Source: Octopus vulgaris (Eukaryota). From it: a DNA stretch of 64,000 nt. Below the pieces are notes generated by a model. The model did not search any database and had not been told where the DNA came from. It saw only the letters and a list, made by a program, of their open reading frames with translations. Location: assembly GCA_951406725.2 (NCBI GenBank), contig OX597822.1, positions 59,148,001 through 59,212,000 on the forward strand, written 5' to 3'. The translations under genes and the position numbers were made by a program. The first letter of the stretch is position 1; each line of letters opens with the position of its first letter. This document shows positions 14,024-27,579 of the stretch, piece by piece.

Positions 14024-14170
14024 TTACCTCTGGATATCCTTGTTGCTCATTTTGATTTTAATCCCCTTACTTTGAAATTGTATGGATAATACCGTACTAA
14101 ATTCTGGTGCCTCAACTTAAGTACCATATTCATCTGAATATAAATTTCCGCTGAACTCATCTACCATACC

Positions 14171-14247
<77 letters not shown>

Positions 14248-14369
14248 AAACAATTGATAGGATCTTTTCTGTTTGGTGGCCAATTTTCAATCTCTTCATT
14301 TTCTGTTCGAATTGATTTCATATTCGGCGCATATATGCTAATCAATGCCATGAAAAACGTTTTCGCCAT

Positions 14370-14525
14370 AAATCAACAAATAAAGAGTTAATAGCTTTTG
14401 AAGTTTGCTAATTTGGAGGAATTTTAACCAGTTGTAAGCCACATAATTCATGCCTGTTTCTATAGTAACAAGCCAAGCATGAGAACTATTTTGTCTGCGA
14501 GAAAGCACGTGTTGACAAACATATT
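14370..14525 (+). repeat. Interspersed repeat shared with 43955-44113
   Basis: Both contain ATTCATGCCTGTTTCTA.AGTAACAAGC...CATGAGAACT.TTTTGTCTGCGAGAAAGCACGTGT. Confidence 0.8.
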
Positions 14526-14937
14526 CTACTCATTGAGATGGTGGTGAGATATGCTAAAAATAGCAGCTAAATATGCCTTAAATCACGACCCCTAATTTTT
14601 TGTTTTGGTTTTTGCATAATTGTATGAAATCCCGTGTGTAGAATACGCAAATATTTTCTGAAAATACCAAATAAAAAAAAGTTATGAGGGAATATATGAC
14701 AAGCGTAAATCAGAATTCCGCCAGTAATTCATTTGTTTACAGTTGACAACACATGCTATCACGCACAAAATGACAGCTTCCAAATCTTGTTTTCTGAATG
14801 GGTGAAAATTATCAACCTTCAAACCTCTATAACTTTAAAAGAAATTGCTTTCTGGAAACAGTGAAATATCCATCTGCTGTGGCTTACTGTGTGTTTAATT
14901 TGAATCGACTGTTTGTGTTGAGATTCTTATGGATGTA

Positions 14938-15503
14938 TTGGGTTGTCTGAAAAGTTCGTGCCAATTTATAGTAGCTTACCTTTCGACTTATTTTAGAACA
15001 TGGTTGAGTCCATAAAATAGGATTTGACTACACCTCCATTTAGAGTGCAGTTTAAGCTATCTTTTCGTGGAAGAAGGTTTATGTTCCTATAACATGTGTT
15101 AATTCTGTAACCTTTTAAAATGGAAGATAAGAAAGTTCCTTTTCGGCTCTTGATGCTTTGGGAACCAGACAAAAATTGCTGCAGCTCGGCTGGGATGTGT
15201 TACCTCACCCTCCATATTCACCAGATATTGCTCCTTCGGATTTCCACTTAATCAGGTCTCTGCAGAATAGTCTTAATGGTAAAGATTTCAATTGCTTGGA
15301 TGACGTAAAAAGATACCTTGATGAATTCTTTGCCATGAAACCACCTGAATTCTGGGAAGAGGGTATTCTCAAGTTAAAGGAAAGATGGTGACGCATTGTG
15401 CAAGAAAATGGTTGATATTTGGTTGATTAAAAATGTAATGGCAAGTATTCATTAACCTTTTTCTTTCGTTTAAAAATCGGCACGAACTTTCCGGGCAACC
15501 CAA
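14938..15503 (+). mobile_element. Internally deleted mariner transposon with TIRs and TA target duplication
   Basis: TA|TTGGGTTGTCTGAAAAGTTCGTGCC ... GGCACGAACTTTCCGGGCAACCCAA|TA. N-terminal MEDKK at 15120 is joined to LGWDVLPHPPYSPDIAPSDFHL. Confidence 0.92.
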
Positions 15504-16343
15504 TACATTATTTCGCGTGTGCACTCACACTCATACTCTCTCTTTTTTGTCATACATAAACGCACCTAAATATTTATCATAAAAAAACACATTCACTCCG
15601 ATGATATAAACAAAAATCTTTAATCAGTTTAACACATAATATCAACAAGCCGTATCAAGCCCTCCACCTTTTGAAGAATCCTTCATTCTTGACCAGAACA
15701 AACTTCGAAACATTAGCAAAAGCCACTCAACCATGAAATGCCATTCGTACTATCAGATACTCCTAAACTCCTCCAAAAATAAAGGAGTCGCTAATTGGTT
15801 TCATACTTAAATTCACACATAAAAACAACAAAAAAGCCATTAAAATTCTTTAACTTTGACCAAAAAAAAACTTTCACTTACAAAACCATACCATCATCAA
15901 TATTTACAAACAATGTTACATTCCAAAACAAACTTGACAACAAAAAATAAAAACACAAAAAATACTGCCGTAAATATATTATTGGGTAAATTGAGTAAAT
16001 ATATAATGCAATAAAAATAAGCTAATAAAACAAATTAAAATACATCAACAAATGCAAAGAAAATAAATACCAAGTCTGAAAAGAAAATAACAAATGACGC
16101 GGCAGAAAAATAACAGTCAATCAGTAGACGCAAAAAGTAAACCAATGAACAGACACAAACAATAGACCCCCCCCCCACACCGCCAACGAATATAAAGATA
16201 CTACCTAAAGGAGTTATAACACTTCTCGCTTGAAGATCGCGATGTATTGAAACTTAGATCGCTAGGTAAACATCCATTTTCAATAAACAGTATACTGGAC
16301 AGCATTGACACGCTTCACTGTTTGATACTCTCTCTTACTCTGT

Positions 16344-16379
<36 letters not shown>

Positions 16380-16409
16380 CCCCTAACATATGTGTGTATG
16401 TATACATAC

Positions 16410-16450
<41 letters not shown>

Positions 16451-16451
<1 letters not shown>

Positions 16452-16955
16452 GCCAATAAACCGGATATTGTTGTGAAAGACCAAAACAATAAAGTTTGCT
16501 TATTGATCGACATGAGCATCCCCTGTGATCATAATATCTCGGCGAAAGAATTTGACAAGCTCAGAAAATATAAAGATCTACTCATTGAAATTGAGAAAAT
16601 GTGGCATCTCAAGGCGGTTACAATACCAGTGATCGTAGGAGCACTAGGAATGACCAAGAAGGGAACCGAAAATTATATGAGAATGATCCCTGGCTTACCA
16701 TCCCTGCAAGAAGTGCAAAAGATTGTCTTAACTGGTACATCACACGTATTGAGAAGATCATTGTCGATGTGAGAACTACTACTACCCATGTATTTTAATT
16801 TAACTTTATTTCTATCAAAAAAAAAAGAAAAAAAGAACGAACTAGTGAGTTTAGTTTAATGGCCTACCAATGTATACAATGAGTTTCTTTGCCCTAGGAG
16901 TCGGGAAGACACTCGGCAAGAAATGGAAGCAAATTTGAAAGAAGAAGAAAAACCC

Positions 16956-16956
<1 letters not shown>
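16451..16956 (+). mobile_element. R4/Dong-type LINE 3' fragment (restriction-like endonuclease domain) in (AAT)n
   Basis: NKPDIVVKD...LIDMSIP...DKLRKYKDL...IPVIVGALG is a PD-(D/E)xK REL motif; (AAT)n on both flanks. Confidence 0.85.
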
Positions 16957-17005
<49 letters not shown>

Positions 17006-17329
17006 CTGTAACAACAAAAGAATGAGACATCGATATTAGAAAAATAGAGGAATATTCATATATGTTATAATTTAGAACAAACATACATATATACATGTCT
17101 CTTTTTGTCGGTGATTGTTCCCACCACTTCTTGACAACTGACGTTCGTTTGTTTACATCCCTGTAACATAGCGTTTCGCTAAAAGAAACCGATGGAACAG
17201 ATACCAGGCTTAAAATAAACGTACTGGGTTCAATTCGTTCGACTAAAATTCTTCCAGACAGTGCTCCAGTATGTAGTATGACTGAAGCAAATATAAGATG
17301 AAAGTTATATCCATACTTTTTCCAGTGTG

Positions 17330-18397
17330 TTAACGATTCTGCCAGCTCGCTGCCTTAATAATAATAATAATTCTTTCTACTAAAGGCACAAGACCTGAAA
17401 TTTGCAAGGAGGGGATACTCGATTACATCAACCCCAGCGCGTTACGGATACTTATTTCATTGACCCTGAAAATATGAAAGGCAAAGTCGACCTCGGTGGA
17501 ATTTGAAGTCAGAATCTAGCGACGGGCGAAATACCTATTTCTTTACTACACAGAGAGGGGACAAACAAGGACAGACAAACGGATTAAGTCGATTATATCG
17601 ACCCCAGTGCGTAACTGGTACTTATTTAATCGACCTCGAAAGGATGAAAGGCAAAGTCGACCTCGGGGGAATTTGAACTCAGAATGTAACGGCAGACGAA
17701 ATACCTATTTCTTTACTACCCACAAGGTGCTAAACACAGAGGTGACAAACAAGGACAGACGGATTAAGTCGATTATATCGACCCCAGTGCGTAACTGGTA
17801 CTTATTTAATCGACCTCGAAAGGATGAAAGGCAAAGTCGACCTCGGCGGAATTTGAACTCAGAACGTAACGGCAGACGAAATACCGCCAAACATTTTGTC
17901 TGGCGTGCTAACGATTCTGCCAGCTCACCGCCTTAATTATTATAATGATAATAATAATAATAATAATAATAATAATCCTTTCTACTAGAAGCACGGGGCC
18001 TGAAATTTTGGTGAAGGAGACAAGTATGTTATATCGACCCCAGTGTTTAACTGGTACTTAATTTATCGACCCCGAAAAGATGAAAAGCCAAGTCGACCTC
18101 AGCGGAATTTGAACTCACAACGTAGCGACCGGCGAAATACCGCTAAGAATTTCGTTCAACGCGCTAACGATTCTATCAGCTCGCCACCTTCAATAATAAT
18201 CCTTTCTACTATAGGTACAAGGCCTGAAATTTAGGGCGAGGGGATAGGTCGATTACATTGACCCCAGTGCGCAACTAGGGCTTAATTTATCGACCCCGAA
18301 AAGCAAAGTCGACCTCGGCGGAATTTGAACTCAGAACGTAAAAACAGACGAAATACTGCTAACTAGTTCGCCCGGCTTGCTGACGATTCTGCCAGCT
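17330..18397 (-). mobile_element. Cluster of about five head-to-tail family A SINE units
   Basis: GTCGACCTCGGCGGAATTTGAACTCAGAACG recurs near 17490, 17660, 17840, 18095 and 18310. Confidence 0.9.
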
Positions 18398-18435
18398 CAA
18401 TGATGATGAAGATGATGATGATAATGATAATAATG

Positions 18436-19104
<669 letters not shown>

Positions 19105-19108
<4 letters not shown>

Positions 19109-19427
19109 GAAATGGAGAAACTTTCAAAATACAAAACCTGGAAATAGAGGTAACCAGAATGTGGAATCTAAAAACAGAAACAATTCCTATCATAGTAGGC
19201 ATTAGGCATGATAAAAAAATATTCAGACAAATACATAACAAAAACACCAGGACTTACAAACACATATAACATACAGAAAAGTGCACTACTAGGCACTGCA
19301 CACATCCTACGCAGAACACTTTCCATACACTAACCATCAGAGCATCACAACAAATCACAGCACATACCTAAGGCACACAGAGCTGCGCTCGGTAGTGAAG
19401 TGAAAGCACGCTATAAAAATAAAACTA

Positions 19428-19430
<3 letters not shown>
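19105..19430 (+). mobile_element. Second R4/Dong-type 3' fragment in (AAT)n
   Basis: KYKYLE-like start, EIEVTRMWNLKTETIPIIVG...IQKSALLGTAHILRRTLS, paralogous to 16473-16772; (AAT)n on both flanks. Confidence 0.8.
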
Positions 19431-19511
<81 letters not shown>

Positions 19512-20737
19512 AAGAAGAAAAAGAAGAAATACAGATATGGGAAAAAGTATAAATGGCGGAAAACATATAGCAGAAAAAAGTGGTTGAAGTTCTGGTTGAA
19601 AAAAAAAAAATACAAAATGTTAGATGATAGATTTCTAAGATTCTGAACATATGGCTGGCCGGGAAGTGGAGAGGTAAGAGAACAGGGGAACGATGAAGAA
19701 ATGGGGTCTGTGAACTATTTATAATTTTGTACAGCAAAATGATAGTTTGTTGGTGATCTGAGCGGTATGTAAATACAGAGAAAGAGAAAGAGGGAAGGGC
19801 GTAAGACTAGATCGTCAAAACTGTACCAAAAACTGGGAAGAACGGAGAGAAAATGTGCAAGAGACTACGGTGTAAATATTTCAGTTTGATACACGAGCGC
19901 ATTTATGCAAGTCTTGGCATTATACTTGTATTCAGATGGCGGTTTGAACTTATCATCCATGGACATATGATTATTCTCATTATTTCTCTGTCATGTTAGC
20001 AACATTAGTCATACAACTAACTTCTACGTCATAACAATTAGAAAATATATAATCGTTGTTATTATTTTTTCCAAGCCAACCCTGATGTAATGGATTTACG
20101 ACCAAAGGCCTTCCAGTGATGACCATCCTGTACATTTAGGATTTCGTTGACCAACAAAAATTTCTTTCGATTTGAAGGGCATAAGGCTGATATTTCTATA
20201 GGATCGAGTATTTGTGTTGTGCTCTTCGTGTTATTTTTTTCGTGTTACAATTTCGTGCTAAGAAAACAGAGTTGCTTTTGTAACTCTGTTATCACAACAT
20301 GAATTGTATCTCAAAGACGAGAGAAAACAAAACTACTATAATATGGAAAATCGCTGTGAAAGCAGAACCATACGCGATGTTACAACAAACGCAGTCTCTC
20401 GTGGGAAGAGGGGAAACACATAAAGATGGGCAACGGCTCGTCGTCTGCAAAAACCTATTCCAAAACTGCGTTTTTAGAGAAACATTTCAGTGGCAGATAC
20501 TCAGGCATCCTATAACAGATGATAAAGGAAATGTAGGTGTGTGTGTGGGGGGGAGTGTAGTGTATGTGTGTATGTGCGCGCACGCGTATCTGTATTCAAG
20601 TGTATGTGTTTGTGATTGTGCGCACATAGCAAATGTACAAAGACACTAACAGTTGATGTGACGCTTCGAGCGTTGTTTTCTTCGGGGTAGGATGTTGAGT
20701 GGAAGAAAGCTGGAAAGACAATATACTTTTCAGCGTA

Positions 20738-21110
20738 TCTCTCTATATATAAACGGCAGTTTGTCTGTGTGTGTGTCTGTGTGTCTGTCAGGTTGTACCC
20801 TCACCCTGACCATGGCTTTCAACCGATTCTGATGAAACTTGACACACACATAGCCCAATGTCATAATTCAAAACTAACGCAGCGAAAATTTTGAAAAGTT
20901 CCCCCAGTTCTGAAAAAAATCGATAAATTCGACATGGGGTCGAGAATCAGAAACACAAACCACAGACTGTCTAGGGGACGCAACTCGACCGTTTTAACTC
21001 TCAAAAAAAAATTTACCATAATTTTTTTCTATTTTTTGGCTATAACTCTCTAAAAATGCTTTATAGTTATTTCCCTTACAAACCCGAGCAACGCCGGGCG
21101 ATACTGCTAG
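20738..21110 (+). mobile_element. Non-autonomous Helitron
   Basis: Inserted between A and T; 5' TCTCTCTATATATA; 3' hairpin CCCGAGCAACGCCGGG followed by CTAG. Confidence 0.85.
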
Positions 21111-21619
21111 TTGTATATATATATATAATATATATGTGTGTGTGTGTGTGTGTGTTTGTGCCCCAGCATGGCCGCAGTCAAATGACTGGAACAAGTAAAA
21201 GAATAAAAGAATATATATACACATATATACATACATATATGTAATACATATATATGTATATATATATGCATATATGGTTACATGACGTCATAAAACGTAA
21301 ACAATAAATTGTTGTAGCTACGCCTGTGTTCATAGATTCTGTTGATTTAATCAAATTTACGCTGTTTGTCATTAATATATATTAATGCACTACACATATT
21401 GGCACCCATTACTTTATTAATTATTCTACTTCCTGTACTTCACAATATTCCTCTATTATTATTTATATTCGTCTTACTGAGAAGTATCATGTATTCAACT
21501 TTAGCTTATTAAAAAAAAAAACGGAACACAAAAAAAACAATAATCTGTAACAAAAAAGAAACAAAAAACAGAAATAATTTGAAATTACAAATAGAAATTT
21601 AAGAAGGCCGAGGCATAAT

Positions 21620-22000
21620 AAAGTTCTTCGCTTACGAACCACATGGTTCCGGGTTCAGTCCCACTGCGTGGCACTTTGGGCAAGCGTCTTCTACTATAGC
21701 TTCGCGCCGACCAAAGCCTTGTGCGTGGATTTGGTAGACGGAAACTGAAAGAAGCCCGTCATATATGTGTATATATATATGTGAGTGTGTCTGTTTGTGT
21801 GTCTGTGTTTGTCCCCCGAACATCGCTTGACAACCGATGGTGGTGTGTTTATGTCCCCCGTAACTTAGCGGTTTGGCAAAAGAGACCGATAGAATATGTA
21901 CTAGGCTTACAACGAATAAATCCTGGGGTCGATTTGCTCGACTAAAGGCGGTGCTCCAGCATTGCCACAGTCACATGACTGAAACAAGTAAAAGAGTAAA
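21620..22000 (+). mobile_element. SINE family B (tRNA head, CORE-like CTTGGGCAAG, internal microsatellite, CR1-like tail)
   Basis: Collinear with 31675-32115, 33937-34195 and 49903-50252; partial copies at 9400, 17095, 21155, 32165 and 41722. Confidence 0.88.
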
Positions 22001-22483
22001 GGAGAAAGAGAGAATAATGCTTATTATTTATATATGTTCGTAGTTTTGCGTGGACTATGCCAAATATGTTGTAAGTGCGCAGCTTCTGTATAATCTAAAC
22101 CTGCTGAACTTTGATAACCTTCAGAAAATGTATGTAATCTGTAAGAACATGTACTCATGTGCAAATATGCATATATTTTGGAAGTTTTGAATACGTCTGC
22201 ATATACAATGTTCGTGAAGTTAGGCAGAGCATTGAGCGTAGAAAATAACATAATGCAGAAACGTGAACCATTGACTTCAGCATATTGTATATATTAAAAG
22301 TAATCAAACCGGTATAATATTTGGTGAGTGGTAAATGTATTCTAATTATTTTCCTGTTATTTTGGCATTTTTATTTAAATCATAATACTCTCATTAGCAA
22401 CTTTCATCATGTACATATTTTCAAGAATGGCTCTGCTACTATTAACGGCTCGGGTGCTCTAGTAAATAAATAACAAGTTCGTT

Positions 22484-22581
<98 letters not shown>

Positions 22582-23399
22582 TGTGTACTTAGAACGTTGA
22601 ATAGTGAAGCATATTAACTATAAATAATAGCGTGTAAATCTTGTGCTTAAAACCCCCTTTGAATATATATATATATACGTGTAGATGTGTGTGTGTGTGT
22701 GTGCGTGCGTGTATGTATATATGTGTGTGTGTATATATATATATATATGCATGTAAGTATACACACAAACACGCACACACACACACACATATATTTATAA
22801 TGTAAGATGTACTTTTTTTAATGAACGAACAATTCAAGCCTTGCCAGAAGAAGAGTACATCCGAAAAGATTTTTTGATTAATTATATACTCCAGGTTGTC
22901 AGTGCAGGAACTTTTCTACTCTAGGCACAAGGCCCGAAATTTTGGGAGAGGCGGCCAGTCAATTAGATCTACCCCAGTGCGCAACTGGTACTTAATCTAT
23001 CGACCCCAAAAGGATGAAAGGCAAAGTCCTCGGCGGAATTAGTTGTCAGTGTAGGAACTGTTATGCAAATGACACTGGCCATCTTAGTTTAGTCTTTGCA
23101 TACACTATAAATATACAATAACTAGCTATAATGTAGTAATAGTGTACTGGTCTCTCCATGGGCAAAAGCCAAGCGTTATTTCTTGAAGTTCTACGAAGGA
23201 TAGACATTGGCCTGATCGATCCCACTGTTTCTGTCCTGCAGAGAGATAAGCCCTATACTATAATCATTTCCTAAGTAAGAGACAGAATGCGAAGGCTATT
23301 TATATACAAGTTGTATTTAATTTTGTTATCAACACTGTTACTAAATACAATGCAGATATAGAAATAATAAGCGTTTCCTGTCATATTGCTGAAGATTAG

Positions 23400-24050
23400 G
23401 TCTTTAGTTTCGCTTGCTATATAATTCCTGGCAATGAGATTAAACTTCTCAGTATCTTCCCCGTGACACAAGGCCTCTTACAGAAATTTTATAAAGGGGA
23501 ACAATATTGCTTTCGTGTTCAGGGTGTTAGTCTCAAAATGCAAGACGGGTGTAGCCATCTTCTTTAGGGAAGGGCTCATCAGAAGTTCAGCGGTCTAACC
23601 TTAGTTCTCTGAACACTGTATCGATGTACTGGCTGACTCACTCTCTCTTGTAGGCCCTGAGTTAACTTGTCTGCTGAAAAAATACAAAAGAGGATAAAGA
23701 AAACCAAAGCATCACTTCTATTTAGTAAACCAGTGAAGAATTTATTGTTCATATTAGGTCTCAACTAACACTGACCCCATTTATAACCACTTTTTCGGAG
23801 GTCACCGTTGCCAATGAATTATTTTAACAGCCGGAGTGATATGGGAATAAACAGTCTTGCAAACATTAAACCATACGGTTGTTGACATAACTAGATGTTA
23901 GCCTAACAAAACTGTCCAACGGAGATTCGATTCGAAATATTTGTACGGCCTTGTTATTCCATATCTCCTGTAGGACTGGTTCATGTTATTTGAAGTCTGG
24001 CTCGGCAAGTTGATGTGTGTGACATGAATTCATGTTATTTCTTCACTCGA
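23400..24050 (+). pseudogene. Very decayed Tx1-like APE remnant
   Basis: GVAIFFREGL vs GVAVFIRKSL and RTGSCYLK vs RQGPGYWK at roughly collinear spacing. Confidence 0.35.
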
Positions 24051-24374
24051 GCATATTATGTATATATGTATATATATATATATATATATAATTTAACAAT
24101 TGAGGGTAAAATTATAATTAATCAATTTATATATATAAGGCAATTCAAATTATTATATATATAAAAACTATTTCCAATACTTTAATGTCTCTACCCCCAT
24201 ACTTTTGTGAGTTGAATTGAGCAAACTATAGAGAGGTTTCTTTAAGTATTGAAATAGTTTTTAAAAAAGTTTTTTTTAGCGCTATTTCTAATGAGTTCAG
24301 TATGGGCAAAGTAATTTATTTTACTAGCCCTTTTATATAATATATATCTTATATATATATCTATATATATGTTA

Positions 24375-24405
<31 letters not shown>

Positions 24406-24406
<1 letters not shown>

Positions 24407-24600
24407 CTTATATATAAATCTTATATAAAATCCGTTATGTGTGTGTGTGTGTGTGTGTGTATCTTCTCGGATCTCGGGCATCCTCCATCCGATTGCTCTC
24501 AAATTTGATATGTAGGTACCGACGGTATCAGGGCGAGTATAAGTCTTGAAAAAATTACAAAAATCGATTACAGGTGAGAATGCGATCAATAAAGACGTTT
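24406..24600 (+). mobile_element. Helitron-like 5' portion
   Basis: TCTTATATATAAA start, (GT)n, and CCGATTGCTCTCAAATTTG, parallel to CCGATTCTGATGAAACTTG in the 20738 element; 3' end not identified. Confidence 0.55.
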
Positions 24601-24835
24601 TTGTCTTGATTTTCTTCCGTCAACCTGTACATAACTGCACCTTCCATTTTTTGTTGTTTTTGTACTGCTTAAAGGCACGTTTCTTTCCTGCCAAGCTTAC
24701 TGTTTAAACCATGTTTGTGTTTAACCAGCCTTATCATTACTGGTACTTTAAACTCTTCGGTTGCATATCTGTGTGAATAAAATCGTTTTTCTTTGGTATA
24801 GAAAAAAGTCTATCTTTATTTCTTCTTTTGCTGGT

Positions 24836-24865
24836 GTCTCAAATTTAGGTTAAATCAGTGTTTAT

Positions 24866-24935
<70 letters not shown>

Positions 24936-25128
24936 ACACACACACATACACACACACACGCACGCACGCACACACACATTTATATTCAAGATTGAGTTTG
25001 CGGTTGTGGCCTCTCGGTGTTTTCCGTTCCCAGCTTTAGTATCGGGTGACAGGCATTGTTAATTTTGAAGCTTGCTTTTATACAACACCCACTGATTGGT
25101 CTCAAATTTAGGTTAAATCAGTGTTTAT

Positions 25129-25166
<38 letters not shown>

Positions 25167-25262
25167 CACACACACACACACATACACACACACACACGCA
25201 CAGTATCGGGTGACAGGCATTGTTAATTTTGAAGCTTGCTTTTATACAACACCCACTGATTG
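24836..25262 (+). repeat. Local tandem duplication around a (CA)n tract
   Basis: Unit 24836-25098 repeats at 25099-25262 with an internal deletion of about 60 bp of unique sequence. Confidence 0.85.
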
Positions 25263-26830
25263 TCCTCTGGTCAGTTGACACCAATCAGGTGATACTGGTT
25301 CGAGTTATTGAACACAGAAAACAACGTTAGTGAAAAGTGACAGTTACAGGTAAAAGATCAGCTGATTTTTTTTTGTGGGAAAAAGGAAATGGAAAAAGGA
25401 GAACTTGGTGAGAATTATATAAATAATCTAAAGATTTGTTGCAAATTCGGTGGAGTTGCCGCGATACAGAGTAAAATTATTGCTTTATTCCTTCATTCGC
25501 CTTAATTCTGTTGACAAGGATAGGCGTGAATATGCACAGTCTTACCGAATTCAACTCTAAGATGCAGTTTGGTCGACCTGAGGCTATAGTGAAAGCCACT
25601 TGGGTCGAATCCGGAACCACATTGTTACGAAGCTAACGTTTTAACCACAAGAAATTAGTACAAGATTGAGACTTATTTTATCAAAATAAATAAAGGTTTC
25701 TAATTTAGGCATGGGACCAGCCATATTTGGGAGGAGGGAGTAGGGCCACACTATCAACTACTATACTTATCGGTTATGTAATTTTGTTGACTCCAAAGGG
25801 ATGAAAAACAAAGTTGACATCTTTGGGATTTGAGCTCAGAATGTAAAAAACCGCAACGTATAACGCAAAGTATTTTTTTCAGAAGCTCTAACGATTCTGC
25901 TAGCCAGGATCGGGTGAGGAGTTATTCGATTAAATTTACCCAGTACTTAACTGGCATTTTATTTCGTCCCGGGTTTGGGGTGAAAAAAGGGATTTTAACT
26001 CCGATTGTATCGAATCGGAACAAACACTGCAAAGCAATAATAATTTCTAAATACTTGCATGGCACACTGTTCGATGCTCTACTATTACTGTAGCCTACTT
26101 TAATCTACATTAAATATAATAATTTTTGATTTAGATACATGGCCAGCTCTATTTTATCGACTCCTGGAGGGCAAAAGGTAAAGTTAATCTCAACGAGATT
26201 TGAATTAGAGGATGTAAAGCGTTGTAACTAAATACCTCTAAGGTATTTTTTGTCCGTTACTTTAACGCTTCTGCTATTCCATGCCCCGTCACCGAAGGAC
26301 TTAACCAGAAATATGGCAAGAAAATTCAAACAGCGTATCTTCGTATTCACTTCTAGCATATTTCCGGCAAGTCCTGATGGCTGACAACTCTCACATTTTT
26401 TATTTATATTTCGACAAAAATAACTCTGTCTTTACCATATCATTTTACAGCATATCAATGTTAAGAGAAAGCACTTATTGAATACGTGATTGTTTTGTTT
26501 TTATATTTTGCCATGTGTTTTTTCAGTTAAATTAAAGAAGGGTTACAATCACAACTTTCACTACTTTTCTCGCATTTTGAAAACCAAGGATGAAATTACA
26601 ACCTATATCAAGGATGATGGAATTAATATTAAAACATTGATAGCAAATAACATTTTGCTTTAGCAAGGTTTGTTCTTCATTAAACAATTCATGCTCTATC
26701 GTAACAAACTATTCACATTTTTATACTATTCAATCAACACAGATGTTTCATTGATTACTGGGATAAATACTCCAGTAAAATCCATTTATTCACATCTCTA
26801 CATCTCCCAGTCGGCACATATACTCTGATG

Positions 26831-27146
26831 CAGGGTTCTCAATCAGGGTCTATATGGCCCTTCAGGGTCCTTATAAAATAGTAAATTGGGGATCCACAAT
26901 AGTATTTTAAGGGTCCCTAAAAATGTTTGCTTTAGATCTATGTGTTGCAAGAAACAGCCAGGTTTCTTTCTCTAACATTTTACATTGTTTAACCTACACA
27001 AGTTAATGTGTGTAAAAAAAAAGGAATTTTGAAAGAAGTTTCTATAAAACTAGTTTTTAAACATCGAATGTCTATACGAGGGGCTCCATCAGAATAAAAT
27101 AGTAATCAAAGGGTTTCATAGATAAAAATAAGTTTGAGAAACCCTG
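26831..27146. mobile_element. hAT-type MITE with 8-bp TSD
   Basis: TIR CAGGGTTCTCAA / TTGAGAAACCCTG; flanks CTCTGATG / CTCTAATG. Confidence 0.8.
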
Positions 27147-27542
27147 CTCTAATGGCTTCTGGAATGCATACTCCAACTCCAAAATATTTTTATAGTTTGT
27201 TGCCCTTAACCGAAATTTAACCAGCAAATCAACAACGGATCCATAACGCAGTCGGTCGACCTAATATATAAATAGCAACCAAATCTCCTTAAAATCACAT
27301 CCTCTTGTCTTAAAAAATGGGTATAGCGAATAATGTGGTTCTAGTTACATTATGTCAGAATAAAATGCAATCCTAAATATATAAACATTGAAAAAAGAAA
27401 AACGAACTGGTTACAGCTGGAACATTTTTTGAGCAAAGGTCTTCTCCAACAACGCTGAATTAGGGCTAAACAGCTGTGTAACCCAAAGTGTCACGTAGGC
27501 ACAATAAATTGAACTGACCAATAAATACTCATAATTATTCTG

Positions 27543-27579
<37 letters not shown>

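Larger units (their letters stand above)
13791..14175. mobile_element. Penelope-like pseudo-LTR with inverted 5' copy
   Basis: Arms 13791-13918 and 13932-14060 are near-perfect inverted repeats between (TA)n tracts. A single-arm copy lies at 11790-12002. Confidence 0.7.

Noticed and set aside
17607-17936. Recurrent ORFs RNWYLFNRPRKDERQSRPRR and RRASFSFRLPNPLTRLWS
   Set aside because: Chance frames inside SINE families A and B.
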